From contig CM060731.1 in the NCBI GenBank assembly GCA_030704615.1, forward strand, positions 94,984,001 to 95,048,000: a stretch of 64,000 nt of DNA, given 5' to 3'. This document shows positions 62,590 through 64,000 of the stretch, one piece after another. The stretch is from Takakia lepidozioides. Taxonomy: Eukaryota > Plantae > Bryophyta. The first letter of the stretch is position 1. Each line of letters starts with the position of its first letter. Under the pieces are notes generated by a model, which ran no database searches, had not been told where the DNA came from, and worked only from the letters and a program-made list of their open reading frames with translations. Position numbers and translations under genes: made by a program.

Positions 62590-63373
62590 AAATGGAAAAA
62601 TGGCGCCGAATTTCGGTTTTCGGTTACTGCCACCCTAGGGACTTAGCCATCTTGAGAGCCCTGAACTGGAAATTCGGCGCCATTTTTCCCGGTTTGGCCC
62701 GAAGATGGCTAAGTCCCAGAACGGCAATAGGGCCTAGAACTGGAAAAATGGCGCCGAATTTCCAGTTCAGGGCCAGCCACCCTAGGGACTTAGCCCGAAA
62801 ATGGCTAAGTCCCTGAACGGCAATAGGGCCTAGAACTGGAAAATGGCGCCGAATTTCCAGTTCCGGGCCAGCCACCCTAGGGATCTAGCCCGAAAATGGC
62901 CAAGTCCCTGAACGGCAATAGGGCCTACAACTGGAAAATGGCGCCGAATTTCCACTTCGGGGCCAGCCACCCTAGGGACTTACCCCGAAAATGGCTAAGT
63001 CCCTGAACGGCACTAGGGCATGGAACTAGAAAATGGCGCTGAATTTCCAGTTCAGGGCCAGCCAGTCTAGTGACTTAGCCCGAAAATGGCTAAGTCCCTG
63101 AACGGCAATAGGGCCTACAACTGGAAAATGGCGCCGAATTTCCACTTCTGGGCCAGCCACCCTAGGGACTTAGCCCGAAAATGGCCAAGTCCCTGAACGG
63201 CAATAGGGCCTGGAACTGGAAAATGGCGCCGAATTTCCAGTTCAGGGCCAGCCAGTCTAGGGACTTAGCCCGAAAATGGCTAAGTCCCTGAACGGCAATA
63301 GAGCCTAGAACTGGAAAATGGCGCCAAATTTCCAGTTCCGGGTCAGCCAGTCTAGGGACTTAGCCCGAAAATG
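62590..63373 (-). repeat. 95-bp intronic double-hairpin tandem repeat (about 8 units)
   Basis: Unit starts at 62821, 62916, 63011, 63106 and 63201. Confidence 0.95.
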
Positions 63374-64000
63374 GAGGTTTACTATTTCATGAGCAGAAAC
63401 CATGAGCCATGAGCCATGAGCCGCATGAGCCGCATGAGCGGTGAGCCGAAGTCTAAGATACGCGGATTTCATGAGCGGACTCCTCCAAATTTGGAAATGC
63501 GGCAGATTAAACAAGTATTAAAATAATAGTTTTTTATTTGACCTTGCCGTTTTTGGACGTTCCAGATCATGTAATGCGGCGAAGATATGTCGTCAGTAAC
63601 AAGTCCGCTCATGGTTTTATAGATCCGCTCATGGAAATAAGTGACCGTGCAACGGGAAATCCAGTATACCACTGCAAAAGGACGTCGCATACTGGCCTGT
63701 ATAGAGTATTCCGCGGTTTTACATGCCTTAACATTGGAATGAAGCTGACCCTTTTGCCGCGATTGAACCAATGGAGTCTGCACCAATACAGTATGCAGTA
63801 CTTCACAATTCTGTCTTCTTCGGGTATTCGGCGGGAAAGGTTTGCAACTGAACTGGGAAATAGGGTGCCGCATTAGGGTTCGCACGTGCGAAATTTCGGA
63901 GCGGTTTGGTGTTGGCGAAGGCCGCCTCTGGGGGTACCTACGACGATACTTGGAAATTCGGCGCCACATTTCCTTGTCGGAGGTCGAATGAGGAGAGCAA
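63374..64000. mobile_element. Start of another MULE-like element (D) inserted into the B3 repeat
   Basis: The first 21 nt (GAGGTTTACTATTTCATGAGC) are identical to the element A left end. CATGAGC cluster at 63388-63478; GGAAATTCGGCGCC near 63953. Confidence 0.85.

Larger units (their letters stand above)
59932..63373. mobile_element. MULE-like element B copy 3 (methyltransferase end), opposite in orientation to B1 and B2
   Basis: End GGGGGCTGCTATTTCATGAGC at 59932 plus CATGAGC repeats. It interrupts the C-family sequence precisely after ctccatggaat. Confidence 0.88.

Noticed and set aside
63538-63876. 112-aa ORF in element D as a cargo gene
   Set aside because: Non-ATG start, no recognisable motif, and no homologue elsewhere in the window.

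Overview
Eukaryotic, land-plant-like DNA; the extended SKI3 N-terminus hints at a non-seed plant, but the species cannot be determined. Bases 1-10.7 kb hold a multi-exon SKI3/TTC37 gene on the minus strand whose 3' end lies outside the window. Bases 12-15.4 kb hold scattered host-gene fragments: three biotin carboxylase exons and one PEX7 exon. From 15.4 kb to the end is a nest of transposons, dominated by three related families (A, B, C) of large Mutator-like (MULE) DNA transposons with short TIRs, CATGAGC subterminal repeats and, in A, a 10-bp TSD. They share one layout: a GCM-like Zn domain/DDE/SWIM transposase transcribed divergently from a long spliced gene that fuses a ParB/Srx-like domain (DGNHR) to a prokaryote-type beta-class N4C/N6A DNA methyltransferase fold. 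Between and inside these genes are arrays of a family-specific palindrome (core CGGCGCCG in A and B). Its spacings (32, 53, 63-64, 74, 85, 95-96 bp) fall on integer multiples of about 10.6 bp, even where spacers are unrelated or have suffered deletions. This transposon-borne ParB-methyltransferase plus phased-palindrome module is the main candidate for an undescribed system. Also present: a young 7.0-kb chromodomain Ty3/Gypsy element with PBS, PPT and 5-bp TSD, a truncated LTR of the same family, a CACTA transposase remnant, a 2.5-kb internal inversion and several rearrangement junctions. No copy of either MULE gene is fully intact here, and some frameshifts may be homopolymer sequencing errors. 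Domain calls come from motif recognition by eye, not from database searches.
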